Origin: Vulcanimicrobiota bacterium
Lineage (GTDB): Bacteria; Vulcanimicrobiota; Vulcanimicrobiia; Eremiobacterales; Eremiobacteraceae
Length of the DNA stretch: 64,000 nucleotides
Direction: 5' to 3'
NCBI GenBank assembly: GCA_963805945.1
Contig: CAWDVP010000003.1
Coordinates: forward strand, 1-64,000
Both the position numbers and the translations under genes were made by a program. Positions 8,406 through 18,006 of the stretch are shown one piece after another; the stretch's first letter is position 1; every line of letters begins with the position of its first letter. The notes below the pieces were generated by a model. That model saw only the letters and a program-made list of their open reading frames with translations, was not told where the DNA came from and did not search any database.

Positions 8406-10784
8406 TTAGACGTTCAGCGCTTTCTTCATATGCAGTTCTTGGATCGCCCTTTGGGCCTCCTCGCTGAGGTTGGACTTTCCGAGCTGAACGGTCACCTTGT
8501 GGATCTTGCCTGTGAACTTGTTCTCGCCGATTTTGTAGTCGTCGCTGACAGGCGTGTAGAGGTTCTCGCCCACGTCGGTCGTTTCCGCGCCGAATGCGAA
8601 GGGCTGAGTGTGCTCGACGCGCCCAGCGGCGACCTTTTCACCGTTGACGAAGATCGCACCGTTACCTCCGGCGCCGGGCACACCACCATCGTAAGCGAAC
8701 TCGAAGCGCAACGTCACGCGCCCAGCCGGCAGGCGAGCGGGGCCAACGATCTTGTAAATCTCGCGACCGAGATAGTTCCAGGCGAATCGGGGTGCGCCGT
8801 CCTTGACGTAGAGGCTCCAGCCGCCCATTTCCCCGCCTTGAGCGATAACCACCCCGTTTGCGCCGGCCTTTGGGACCTCGATGTCGGCTATAACCACAAA
8901 AGAGCGGTTCTTGACGTTGATGAAGCCATTTTCGGGAATTCCTTTCATTCCCTCATAGAGCGTCATCTCGGTGCGACCTTCCATCAGGTCCGGCCGGCCC
9001 GCCATAGCGGCGTTGAAGCGCTCCCAAGCGCGGTCGTCGAGAGGAAGCACCTGATACTTAACGGCCTCCTCCAGGAACAGTCCCTTTAGCTTCTCGAGCT
9101 TGTCGGGATACTTCGCGGCAAGGTCATGCGCGCAGCTGAAATCTTCCACTACGTTGTAAAGCTCCCACTTGTCGTTCTCAAACGTAGCCCGCGACTTGGG
9201 CTCCCACGGCGGGCGGTGCACCGTGGTGGCGAACCAGCCGTCCTGGTAGATGCCCCTGTTGCCTGCCATCTCGAAGTATTGCGTCGTGTGGCGCGACTTC
9301 GCTTCTGGGTCATTCAAGGTGTCTAGCACGCTCACGCCTTCGATGGGTTTCTGCTGGACGCCGTACACGACGCCCGGCTCGGGCACGTCAGCTGCCTCCA
9401 ACACCGTCGGGGCGATGTCGATCATGTGCATCCACTGCGTGCGCAAGCCGCCTTTCTCCGTGATGCCCTTCGGCCAGTGGACCACCATGGATTGGCAGAC
9501 CCCGCCGTAGGAGGCGACCTGGTGGCCCCAACCAAACGGCGTGGCGCCGGCGAAGGCCCAGCCGTTGGGATACAAGATGTGGGACTTAGGCCCACCGATC
9601 TCGTCGAAGTTCTTCAGCGCGACTTCCAGCGGCTCTGGCAGCCCGTTGAACACGGATAACTCGTTGAAAGCGCCGAGCGGGCCGCCTTGGAAAACCGAAC
9701 CGTTGTCGCCGGTGATATAGAAGATCAGCGTATTGTCCATTTCGCCCAGGTTCTCGATCTCATCGAGAAACCGCCCGATTTCGTAGTCAGTCACCTCGCC
9801 AAAAGCCGCATAGATCTCCATGTATCTGGCGAAGACTTTTTTCTCGTCGGCCGTCAACTGATCCCATTCCTGGATTCCCGGCGGCTTGGGCGCCAGATCT
9901 GTGCCCGGTGGCACGACCCCCATCTCGATCTGCCTCGCGAGCGTTTCTTTGCGCACTTGATCCCAGCCCTGATCGAACTTGCCCTTGTAGCGGTCGCGCC
10001 ACGATTCGGGCACCTGGAACGGGCCATGTGTACCGATCGCCGAGTAGTAGACGAAGAACGGCTTGTCCGGGGCCAGCGAGCGCTGCGAACGCAGCCAGAG
10101 GATAGCCTTGTCGGTGATGTCCGTGCTGGCGTAGTAATCGGCATCGGGGCGCATATCCAACCTGGTCATGTTGTCGTAGATGACCGGATGAAAGAGGTCG
10201 GCTTCGCCGGACATGAAGCCGTAGAACTTCTCAAACCCGCTATGCACCGGCCAGCGATCGAAGGGTCCGACATCGCTGGCTTCCCAGGGGCCCAGCTCGT
10301 GACACTTTCCGAACATGGCGGTGTTATAGCCGTTGAGCCGCAAGATCTGCGGCAACATCGAGATGCTGCTCGGACGCATCGCGCTGTACCCTGGAAAACC
10401 GGTGGCGATTTCCGAGATCACGCCGAAGTTTGTGCTATGGCTGTTGCGGCCCGTAAGCAGGGCGGCGCGGCTGGGAGAACACAACGGGGGGACTTTAAGA
10501 TTGTTGTATCGCAGCCCGGTCTTAGCAAGACGGTCCAGCGTGGGCATCTGGATCGGCCCTCCGAACGTCGAATGGTCGCCGAAGCCCATGTTGTCGAGAA
10601 GGATGACTACCACATTGGGCGCGCCTTTCGGCGCCTTCACGTCGAACCGCGGCGGAGCTTTAGCGTTGTGCGCATCAAGCTCGGTGATTGGTGGGTACTT
10701 AGGCTCTGGTATGGGTAGCACGGTGCGATCCAAGGAGGCAGCTGCCTCAGGCTGGCTGCTTTGGGCCTCTGACTTATTACTCAT
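8406..10784 (-). CDS. Arylsulfatase (formylglycine-dependent, Cys-type) with C-terminal LamG-like domain
   Basis: CSPSRAALLTG (CxPxR), GKCH, GDNG, WELY..DFS, YQVLPLDDR. Confidence 0.92.
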   Translation of the reverse strand: MSNKSEAQSSQPEAAASLDRTVLPIPEPKYPPITELDAHNAKAPPRFDVKAPKGAPNVVVILLDNMGFGDHSTFGGPIQMPTLDRLAKTGLRYNNLKVPPLCSPSRAALLTGRNSHSTNFGVISEIATGFPGYSAMRPSSISMLPQILRLNGYNTAMFGKCHELGPWEASDVGPFDRWPVHSGFEKFYGFMSGEADLFHPVIYDNMTRLDMRPDADYYASTDITDKAILWLRSQRSLAPDKPFFVYYSAIGTHGPFQVPESWRDRYKGKFDQGWDQVRKETLARQIEMGVVPPGTDLAPKPPGIQEWDQLTADEKKVFARYMEIYAAFGEVTDYEIGRFLDEIENLGEMDNTLIFYITGDNGSVFQGGPLGAFNELSVFNGLPEPLEVALKNFDEIGGPKSHILYPNGWAFAGATPFGWGHQVASYGGVCQSMVVHWPKGITEKGGLRTQWMHMIDIAPTVLEAADVPEPGVVYGVQQKPIEGVSVLDTLNDPEAKSRHTTQYFEMAGNRGIYQDGWFATTVHRPPWEPKSRATFENDKWELYNVVEDFSCAHDLAAKYPDKLEKLKGLFLEEAVKYQVLPLDDRAWERFNAAMAGRPDLMEGRTEMTLYEGMKGIPENGFINVKNRSFVVIADIEVPKAGANGVVIAQGGEMGGWSLYVKDGAPRFAWNYLGREIYKIVGPARLPAGRVTLRFEFAYDGGVPGAGGNGAIFVNGEKVAAGRVEHTQPFAFGAETTDVGENLYTPVSDDYKIGENKFTGKIHKVTVQLGKSNLSEEAQRAIQELHMKKALNV

Positions 10785-10971
10785 GGTATTCTCTCCCAGT
10801 CGAATCGCTCTCGACCCGATTGTTACGCCACGCAGGGTGGGGCCTGAATTTCGCAGTCAGTGACACGGCCCCTTCGCTAAATAGCCGCGGTCGCCGCAGC
10901 CGATCACAAGACGATCAATTGGGTCGCCTTCAATTTCATTGATCCGATCTCTTATTGACCCAACATGCACC

Positions 10972-11922
10972 CTACGGCTCGAACATGAAGAGACGCTTCC
11001 AATCCTTCTTCATGCTGATGATGGACCAGCCCTGAGCCTTCGCCTTGTCATAGAGCGCCTGATCGAAGCTGCCGAAGCTCGTCGCCGGAAGCCCTTGGGC
11101 CGGACCGTAGGCATACTCGCGATCCGCGTCGTCGTGCAAGACGAGCGCCATCAGACGTGCGCCGTCGCCGGCCTGCGTGTACTCGAGCATCGCCTGATCT
11201 CCGTTGGAGTTGCCGAACGCCGCCTGCGGTGGACCGCCGAGAAAGAGATAGATGTCCTCAGGCTTGCCTGACAGGTCGTTGTTCAGCACCAATCTTGCGG
11301 ACTTCATCAGGACCGCTTTTCCGTCCTCACCAGCCGTGAATTGGGTCTCCATCGCCGAGCCTATGACGTGGGCCGGCGGAATGCCATAGACGCGGTCGGC
11401 GTACGCGCGGACGAAGACCTGCCCGCCCCCGGTCACGAAATAGGTCTTGTAGCCGTTGGCGCGCAGGTAACGCATCACTTCAAGCATGGGCAAAAAGACA
11501 AGGTCCTCGTACGGGCGGTTCCAGCGGGGATGCTTCGACGTACCCATCCAGTCTCGTACAGTCGTGCTGAATGCATCCACGGACATACCGCTATGCGTCG
11601 CCGCCACGATGGGCAAGAGGCCCTGAAGACCCAACTTCGCCACCGCGGCCATGTCGCCTGATAGCACTGTCTTGAACGGCTCGGTCGTTTTCCATTCCGG
11701 GTGTTGCGGCGCGAGCGCCGCGAGCCGCTCGAACGCAAAAACGACCTGCGTGTACGTCGGATGCTCGACCCACACGGTGCCGTCCTGGTCAAACGTGGCC
11801 ACGCGGTGGTCGGGTGCGACGTATTTCGGGTTCGAACTGTTGGTCGTGACGCGCACGAATTCGAGAATCGCTTGCTTCGCCGCGCCGTCATTCCATGACG
11901 GCAACGGATCAAGGTCTGTCAT
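10972..11922 (-). CDS. HAD-family hydrolase (non-specific acid phosphatase-like)
   Basis: DPLPSWNDG, FDQDGT motif I, VTGGG, AFGNSNGD, HDDADREYAY. Confidence 0.88.
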   Translation of the reverse strand: MTDLDPLPSWNDGAAKQAILEFVRVTTNSSNPKYVAPDHRVATFDQDGTVWVEHPTYTQVVFAFERLAALAPQHPEWKTTEPFKTVLSGDMAAVAKLGLQGLLPIVAATHSGMSVDAFSTTVRDWMGTSKHPRWNRPYEDLVFLPMLEVMRYLRANGYKTYFVTGGGQVFVRAYADRVYGIPPAHVIGSAMETQFTAGEDGKAVLMKSARLVLNNDLSGKPEDIYLFLGGPPQAAFGNSNGDQAMLEYTQAGDGARLMALVLHDDADREYAYGPAQGLPATSFGSFDQALYDKAKAQGWSIISMKKDWKRLFMFEP

Positions 11923-11958
11923 AGGGCCCCCCAGACGCGTTGTGCCGGAATGCAGCCT

Positions 11959-12505
11959 TTAGGGCTTCAACTCCCAGGCCTTGAGCTTCTTCCGAGCGGT
12001 TCCAAAGTCGCCGAGTTGGTATACAGAAGCCCCCACGGGCGAGAAAACAAACGATTCAAACGGTTGTGCGAGGAGTTGATCAAGGTAAGTGCGGGGGCCA
12101 AGGCCGGTCGTGACGTGCGGATTGAAGTGCGCGCCGCCCCAAGGCCAAGCTCTCCTGATGGGATGTAGTAATACTTGAACCCTTTAACTTCCAACTTGCC
12201 GCGTTCGAAGTGGCGAAGACTTTGCCCACGGCAGCATAGACATCCGGGAGGTCTGCCGTTGGGACAAATCGTTGCACGATTGAAATGTGCGGGTGATGTG
12301 TCGCGTCAAGCATGAAGCCCTTTGGGAAGACCTCGAGTAGCTTCGCGTTCGCCGCCTGAGCATGCTGAATCATCGTCGCATCCGGTTCCAGTGCCACGTC
12401 GATCGCCGTCACCGGGTTTTGCGCGGCTGCAGACCTCTGCGTGAGCCCAAGCAGCAATCCCAAGGCGATAACGAGTGCGGCCGAAACCGCCGTGTGTCCA
12501 AACAT
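11959..12505 (-). pseudogene. Disrupted secreted 2H phosphoesterase (2'-5' RNA ligase-like)
   Basis: Three frames join as signal peptide + ...HHPHISIVQ...WKLK / GFKYYYIPSGELGLG / GAHFNPHVTTG...VYQLGDFGTARKKLKAWELKP*. Two HxS/T motifs; frameshifts at ~12181 and ~12138. Confidence 0.75.
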
Positions 12506-12635
12506 GCGGTGCTCCTTTCGTTAACAGGCCCAGCTTTATTCGTATCAGCGATGGGTCCGTTCCCTTCCTGGGCGGACCGTTTTTCTAAGGGGGTATTCCG
12601 CTATAGAACATTTGCATTTTTCGTGCGTGAATAGA

Positions 12636-12664
12636 AAGACGGCTGCCGAAATGGCAGCCGTCTT
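12636..12664 (-). terminator. Intrinsic terminator
   Basis: AAGACGGCTGCC-gaaat-GGCAGCCGTCTT, 12-bp perfect stem with a T-rich tail on the minus strand, just after the PAP2 stop. Confidence 0.8.
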
Positions 12665-12686
12665 ATCGTGAATCGGCCTACCTGGT

Positions 12687-13931
12687 TTAGGGTTGAGGCT
12701 GAAAATGCTTCGTAAAAAGCTGCTCGCTAACCCGCTTACCTAGCGTGGCGCCGTCCTGGAGGGAATGATTGTAGTGGAAACCAGCATAGATACGCGCCCA
12801 AGATACCTCATCGTACAGGGCGTTCGTATCTTCGAAAGTGTGCGTGTGGACCGTTTCACCGAAGGCGTGACTGTCGACGACGAAGTGAACCTTAGGTGTT
12901 CCAAAATACCTTTCAATCAGGTCGGAGACGGCGGCGGTGACGCAGGCATGAGCCGCAGGGTATTCGGGATGAGGGGGCGTCGTGCCGAGTGGTGTCCATT
13001 GAGGATCAGCCGCCAGTCTAGTGTTAGCGCCGCCCGCCGGAATCGCGGTGACCGGACGCCAAAAATTGTAATGATACTTCGCATTGAAACACCCAATGGC
13101 GGCATCGGCGGAGCCGGTCCAAAGAATCGCCATAAGCCGGGCTGAATCCATGACGTCCAGTTTCTTGTTGTCGGCGAGGTAGCCGAAGGCACCAGCGTAC
13201 TGTCGGCCAGGGTGATCGGTCCAGAAAAGTGCGATTTCTGTTTGTTGGGGGGTGCGGACACTACTGTTAGCCCCACCCAGCATGCGTGTCTGATCGTAGT
13301 CGTGCACCCACTCATCACCAGTGAGCGCGCTCGGCCCACCGGGCAAGAACTGCGCAGCGCTCGTCATGGTGAAGGGGCGCATCTGACCTAGCCACGGCGT
13401 GAGCGCCGGCGCGAACTTGGGTGGTGTAGGCAGCCAAACGCCAGGACCGCTGCCAGGCGTGTAGGGTACGCTGGCCTCAAGTCCATCGCCAGCACGCGCA
13501 GCGATGAGTGCGTCGGCCGCCGCTTCACCTACGTTGATGCCGGCCGTCTTTGCGTCAGCGGCGGCCGTGATCTTCCCGAGAGAAGTGTTGAACTGGTCAT
13601 CGAGCGTTGATCGCTGCGCCGGAAAGTATTTAACCAGTATGCGGTGAGCAGCCGCGATGGCTGCCGCCTCATCGGAGGTGCCGGCTGGTGCGGCGCCGGT
13701 GTAATAAAACGGCTGGAACCTGTGATGGACAGCGTTCACTGCGTCGTAAACTGCGATACTCGTGTAGGCGAACCAGACGTTTGACGTAGGGGGCGGTTTT
13801 CCGCCATTGGCTACGATCGTGGAGGACGCAATCGAGTTCCAATCTGTGATGACGTTCGCAGCACGGGACTCAGTCGTCGCGCACAATACCGCCGCGACGC
13901 ACAGGGCGGTACGGATGTATAGGAAATTCAT
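12687..13931 (-). CDS. Secreted vanadium-dependent haloperoxidase-like / PAP2 superfamily protein
   Basis: RBS AGGAGGAG, signal peptide, KYHYNFWRP, HPEYPAAH, RIYAGFHY; N-terminal NVITDWN and AVYDAVN. Confidence 0.85.
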   Translation of the reverse strand: MNFLYIRTALCVAAVLCATTESRAANVITDWNSIASSTIVANGGKPPPTSNVWFAYTSIAVYDAVNAVHHRFQPFYYTGAAPAGTSDEAAAIAAAHRILVKYFPAQRSTLDDQFNTSLGKITAAADAKTAGINVGEAAADALIAARAGDGLEASVPYTPGSGPGVWLPTPPKFAPALTPWLGQMRPFTMTSAAQFLPGGPSALTGDEWVHDYDQTRMLGGANSSVRTPQQTEIALFWTDHPGRQYAGAFGYLADNKKLDVMDSARLMAILWTGSADAAIGCFNAKYHYNFWRPVTAIPAGGANTRLAADPQWTPLGTTPPHPEYPAAHACVTAAVSDLIERYFGTPKVHFVVDSHAFGETVHTHTFEDTNALYDEVSWARIYAGFHYNHSLQDGATLGKRVSEQLFTKHFQPQP

Positions 13932-14199
13932 GCTCCTCCTTGGTGTGTCGAATAAGCTAGTCGCAAAGACCTTACACATTTCCAGTCCCGGACCTCGCTG
14001 TTTGTGCGATCCGTCCGTGGCCGGGTGTACGTCTTCACTCCGTTCGGGTCATCGCGTGAGAAGTACTCTCCCACATTTACAGACAAGGTCTTTCCCGCAG
14101 AAAGGGTAAGATGCCGCTTCTCGACGATGGCATAATCATTGCATTTCCAAAACCGAGTTTAACCTTCTTAACCACCCCTGACCAAAGGAGCAAATAAGG

Positions 14200-15639
14200 A
14201 TGTATGGGTCTAAGAACCTTCGAGGCGATCTTACCGTTAACGCAATCGGCATGTTCCTGTTATTGTGGGCCGTGCCTATGACCTCAAATGCTGCGATGAC
14301 TCAAGCGGCGGCGAACAAAGCGGCGATCGACGCCTATACCTACGGCTTTTCCATCGTTCTCATGGACGTCACCAGAGCACAGGCCACCAACGTGGCCAAG
14401 CCGACGATTGCGAACGCAGCGCCCGTTGGTCAGTTCTCGAACATCCCCGGGTTTCCGCCACCTGACAACCACACTGTCGTGGCGCCGAACGCAGATACGC
14501 TTTACTCTGCTGCGTGGGTCGATCTGTCACAACAGCCAATGGTCCTCCATGTCCCCGATTACAAAGGCCGCTACTTCCTCATGCCGATGCTTGACATGTG
14601 GACGAACGTCTTTCAATCGCCGGGCAGCCGGACCGGATATGAGAAGGGCGGAGATTTCGCGATCGTAGGGCCAGGCTGGAGCGGAACGCTGCCGTCGGGC
14701 CTCACGAAGATCCAAGCGCCAACCTCCACGATCTGGATTATTGGGCGAAGCGCGTGCTATGGCCCCAGCGACTACGCAAACGTCAATAAGCTGCAGGCGC
14801 AACTCTCGCTGACACCGCTCTCGCAATGGGGCAAGACGTATGTGCCGCCGACAAACGGATCGGTAAGCTCTTCCATCGATATGAAGACGCCGGCGCCGCA
14901 ACAAATCGCCGCGATGGATGCCCAAGCATTCTTCAGTAGACTCGCGGCGCTCATGGGTAAATATGGCCAGCCCGCCGCAGATGCGCCGATGGTGGCGGAG
15001 CTCGCCACGCTTGGGATCGTCCCGGGCAAACCGTTCGACATGACCAAGGTTGACCCGACCGTGGCGGCGGCGTTGGAAGCCGCCGTTAAGAACGGGCAGA
15101 AAAACATCGCGGCCGACGGGACGCCAAGCGCCATCGGTGCCCGCGTTGCTAACGGCTGGGCGATCTCGACAGGGGGCGGCTCGTATGGCACTCACTACCT
15201 GCGGCGCGCGTACTATTCGCTCTTTGGTCTCGGCGCGAATATTCCTGAAGACGCTGTTTACCCGATCGGCAAAGTCGACGCTACCGGCAAGGCGATGTCC
15301 GGCGCCCACGATTACGTTATCCATTTCGCAAAGGGCGCGACGCCACCAGTTGACGGCTTCTGGTCGTTGACGATGTATGAAGGACTCGGATATTTCGTTC
15401 CAAATTCCCTCAACCGGTACAAACTTGGCAGCCTGAGCGAACCCAAACTCGACGTGAATCCGGACGGGTCCGTCGACATCTACATCTCCCACGCACAACC
15501 ACAAGCTCACGTGAACAACTGGCTGCCCGCCCCGGCCGGCGCGTTCTACATGGACTTTCGCCTGTATTGGCCAAAGACGACACCTCCATCGGTGATCGAC
15601 GGAACGTGGAACCCGCCCGCCGTGACGCAGGCCAAATAA
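14200..15639 (+). CDS. DUF1254/DUF1214 domain secreted protein
   Basis: VVAPNADTLYS, PMVLHVPD, MLDMWTNVF, EDAVYP, FWSLTMY, NWLPAP, RLYWP. Confidence 0.9.
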   Translation: MYGSKNLRGDLTVNAIGMFLLLWAVPMTSNAAMTQAAANKAAIDAYTYGFSIVLMDVTRAQATNVAKPTIANAAPVGQFSNIPGFPPPDNHTVVAPNADTLYSAAWVDLSQQPMVLHVPDYKGRYFLMPMLDMWTNVFQSPGSRTGYEKGGDFAIVGPGWSGTLPSGLTKIQAPTSTIWIIGRSACYGPSDYANVNKLQAQLSLTPLSQWGKTYVPPTNGSVSSSIDMKTPAPQQIAAMDAQAFFSRLAALMGKYGQPAADAPMVAELATLGIVPGKPFDMTKVDPTVAAALEAAVKNGQKNIAADGTPSAIGARVANGWAISTGGGSYGTHYLRRAYYSLFGLGANIPEDAVYPIGKVDATGKAMSGAHDYVIHFAKGATPPVDGFWSLTMYEGLGYFVPNSLNRYKLGSLSEPKLDVNPDGSVDIYISHAQPQAHVNNWLPAPAGAFYMDFRLYWPKTTPPSVIDGTWNPPAVTQAK

Positions 15640-15681
15640 CTAGCAAGAGCTGGCAAAGTTGCAAAGAGGTTGATTCACCCA

Positions 15682-15711
15682 AGGGCTGCCATCGGGCGGC
15701 CCTCCCTTTTT
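15682..15711 (+). terminator. Intrinsic terminator
   Basis: AGGGCTGCC-atcg-GGCGGCCCT followed by CCCTTTTT. Confidence 0.65.
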
Positions 15712-15877
15712 CTCGCCAGCCGAACTTGCGCCGAGGTGTTCCCACAAGTGCTGCATCCTAAGGGGTCTAAGTACTACCCGCCAGAACGGCCACCAAGACC
15801 TTTGGGCCGGCGAAGGAACAGCCGCATATCGTCAGAACAAGCCGCCGGTGCGAATACGAGTTTCTTCATCACAACGC

Positions 15878-16816
15878 ATGATCAGCCACAACGCGGCCCG
15901 CGTAGCGCCGATGATCTGCGCTCTGTTTGTGCTGGCGTGGCACGCGCAGGCGTCGAGCGCGACAACGACGTCGGTGCCGTTCACCTTCGTCGACAACCGC
16001 ATGATGATCCAGTGCAAGATCGACGGCCGCGGCCCGTTCGAAATGATCATCGACACCGGATCGCCCGATGTCGTCGTGGATCAGCACGTCGCCGACATGC
16101 TCGGGCTGACCGTCCGCAATGGCGGGTCCGTGTCGGGCGCGGGCAACAAACGCGTCCAAATCGGCACGACTGAGTTGCGCAGCCTTTCGATCGGTTCAGA
16201 ATCGTTCGGCGGCCTGCCCGCGTCGGTCATCGATCTCTCGGAGATACGGACAAAGCTGAGGTTCCCGCACCTCGATGGCGTGGTCGGCTACTCGATCCTG
16301 GGGCGATTTGCGGTTGCGGCGGATGTCGACACAGGCATGTTGGATTTCCTATCCTCGACACCCACGGTTCCACCATCGGCGACGACGACGACGTTCACAG
16401 GCGTCACGCCGATCGCAGCCGCGACGATCGATGGCATCAAGACGACGGTCGTCATCGACACAGGCGACCGATCGTCGCTCACGCTCTTCGGGCCGTTCGC
16501 GAAGGCGCACCACTTCTACGATCGAGTTCCGTCGATGTCGAACGTCGTGACCGGCTACGGCATTGGAGGCCCCGTCTATGCCGACGTCTTCACGCTGCCA
16601 TCGCTGGATGTCTTCAGCTGGCGCCTGGATGACCTCGTGACGCGCGCATCGCGGCAGACCGGCGGCGTGTTCACGGGAAGCCAACAAGGAGGCAGCATCG
16701 GCGAGGGTGTCCTCAGGAGATTCAATATCGTCTACGATTACCCCAAAAAACGGATAATCGCGTGGCCGAGCAAATACTTCACGGCGCCGGACCGGTTCAA
16801 TCCACCCCCAAAGTGA
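15878..16816 (+). CDS. Secreted two-domain retropepsin-like aspartyl protease
   Basis: Signal peptide; MIIDTGS...DGVVG and VVIDTGD...GSIG. Confidence 0.85.
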   Translation: MISHNAARVAPMICALFVLAWHAQASSATTTSVPFTFVDNRMMIQCKIDGRGPFEMIIDTGSPDVVVDQHVADMLGLTVRNGGSVSGAGNKRVQIGTTELRSLSIGSESFGGLPASVIDLSEIRTKLRFPHLDGVVGYSILGRFAVAADVDTGMLDFLSSTPTVPPSATTTTFTGVTPIAAATIDGIKTTVVIDTGDRSSLTLFGPFAKAHHFYDRVPSMSNVVTGYGIGGPVYADVFTLPSLDVFSWRLDDLVTRASRQTGGVFTGSQQGGSIGEGVLRRFNIVYDYPKKRIIAWPSKYFTAPDRFNPPPK

Positions 16817-16833
16817 ATGAGGGATCAAACGAA

Positions 16834-17229
16834 ATGAAAAAGATCGCAACGGCCAAGGGCGACTCGCCTTCTCGGTTGATCGACGCGCGGATCAAAGAAC
16901 TGGACGACTGGAGAGGCGAGACGCTCTCCCATGTCCGCGCTCTCATCAAAAAGGCCGACCCTGAGGTGGTGGAGGAGTGGAAGTGGAGAGGCGTGCCGGT
17001 GTGGTCTCACGATGGGATCATCTGCACCGGCGAGACGTACAAGAGCGTTGTAAAGCTGACGTTTGCCAAGGGCGCTGCGCTCAAGGACCCTTCAAAACTA
17101 TTCAACTCCAGCCTTGAAGGCAACACGAGACGCGCGATCGATATCCACGAAGGCGATGCAATAGCTGAGGCCGCCTTCAAGACGCTCGTACGCGCCGCTA
17201 CAGCCCTGAACAGTTCCAAGGCCCGCTAG
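16834..17229 (+). CDS. DUF1801 domain protein
   Basis: EEWKWRGVPVWSHDGIICTGETYK..VKLTFAKGA..DP..LFNSSLEGNTRRAID. Confidence 0.9.
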   Translation: MKKIATAKGDSPSRLIDARIKELDDWRGETLSHVRALIKKADPEVVEEWKWRGVPVWSHDGIICTGETYKSVVKLTFAKGAALKDPSKLFNSSLEGNTRRAIDIHEGDAIAEAAFKTLVRAATALNSSKAR

Positions 17230-17987
17230 TCGAATCCGACGTTTCGGCGGCCCCGGCCGAGGAAGTCCGCGACGATCCAGGCCGACCCGGCGATTCCAAG
17301 CGTCTCCACGCTTTCGCTCCAGTTCGTAAAACTATGGGGATCGGCGAAGAGCGCCGGCAGCCATACCAGCAGCCCGAACCCCACGAGCATCGCCGTGGTC
17401 AATCGAGACGCGAGCCGGGCTATGAGCCCTGTGAGCAGGGCGATGGCGGCACAACCAAACGCGGCGGTGGTCGCTATCGCCCAGAACATCTGCCCAGGCG
17501 GGATCCATTTCGGCACAAGACTTGCCGTTGCAGAGAGATAGAAGAGCTGTTCCAGCGCGAACGAGACAACACAGATCCCGAACGAGTAGTACCCGATCTG
17601 AGCCGATCGCGCCGTTCGCGCCGGGGCGATAGGGCCGGAACACGCATAGAGGATCAATGCTCCGGCGACGAATGAGAATTGTTCGAAGAAGTTGCCAAAG
17701 CTATTGTAGACGAGCGGATGCTTGATGATGGCCGGTACCCCGAGCAAGGCGAAGGTGAGGTAGAGCGCACCCAGTGCGATCGCGCCGGCTCGGGCCGTCC
17801 TCGGCCAGAGAACGGCTGCGCCTCCAAGGATTTCGATGGTGGCCACGATATAGGCGAGCATCTCGCGGTGGGAAACGTCTAACGTGTTGAGCTGCTGCCA
17901 ATTGCTGAAGTCATGCCACACCAAGGCACAGATACCGGAAGCGATCGCCGCCACGCCGAAGACGTAACGTCCCATAGAGTGCCCCAT
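17226..17987 (-). CDS. DoxX-like multi-pass membrane protein
   Basis: About 8 hydrophobic segments; LVPKWIPPGQMFWA motif. Confidence 0.7.
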   Translation of the reverse strand: MGHSMGRYVFGVAAIASGICALVWHDFSNWQQLNTLDVSHREMLAYIVATIEILGGAAVLWPRTARAGAIALGALYLTFALLGVPAIIKHPLVYNSFGNFFEQFSFVAGALILYACSGPIAPARTARSAQIGYYSFGICVVSFALEQLFYLSATASLVPKWIPPGQMFWAIATTAAFGCAAIALLTGLIARLASRLTTAMLVGFGLLVWLPALFADPHSFTNWSESVETLGIAGSAWIVADFLGRGRRNVGFD

Positions 17988-18006
17988 CGTGGACTCCTAC
18001 CTCATC

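Noticed and set aside
10790..10970. Inverted repeats (TTGGGTC...GACCCAA, GGGGCC...GGCCCC) as a riboswitch or MITE
   Set aside because: Short stems, no recognisable aptamer consensus and no target-site duplication.
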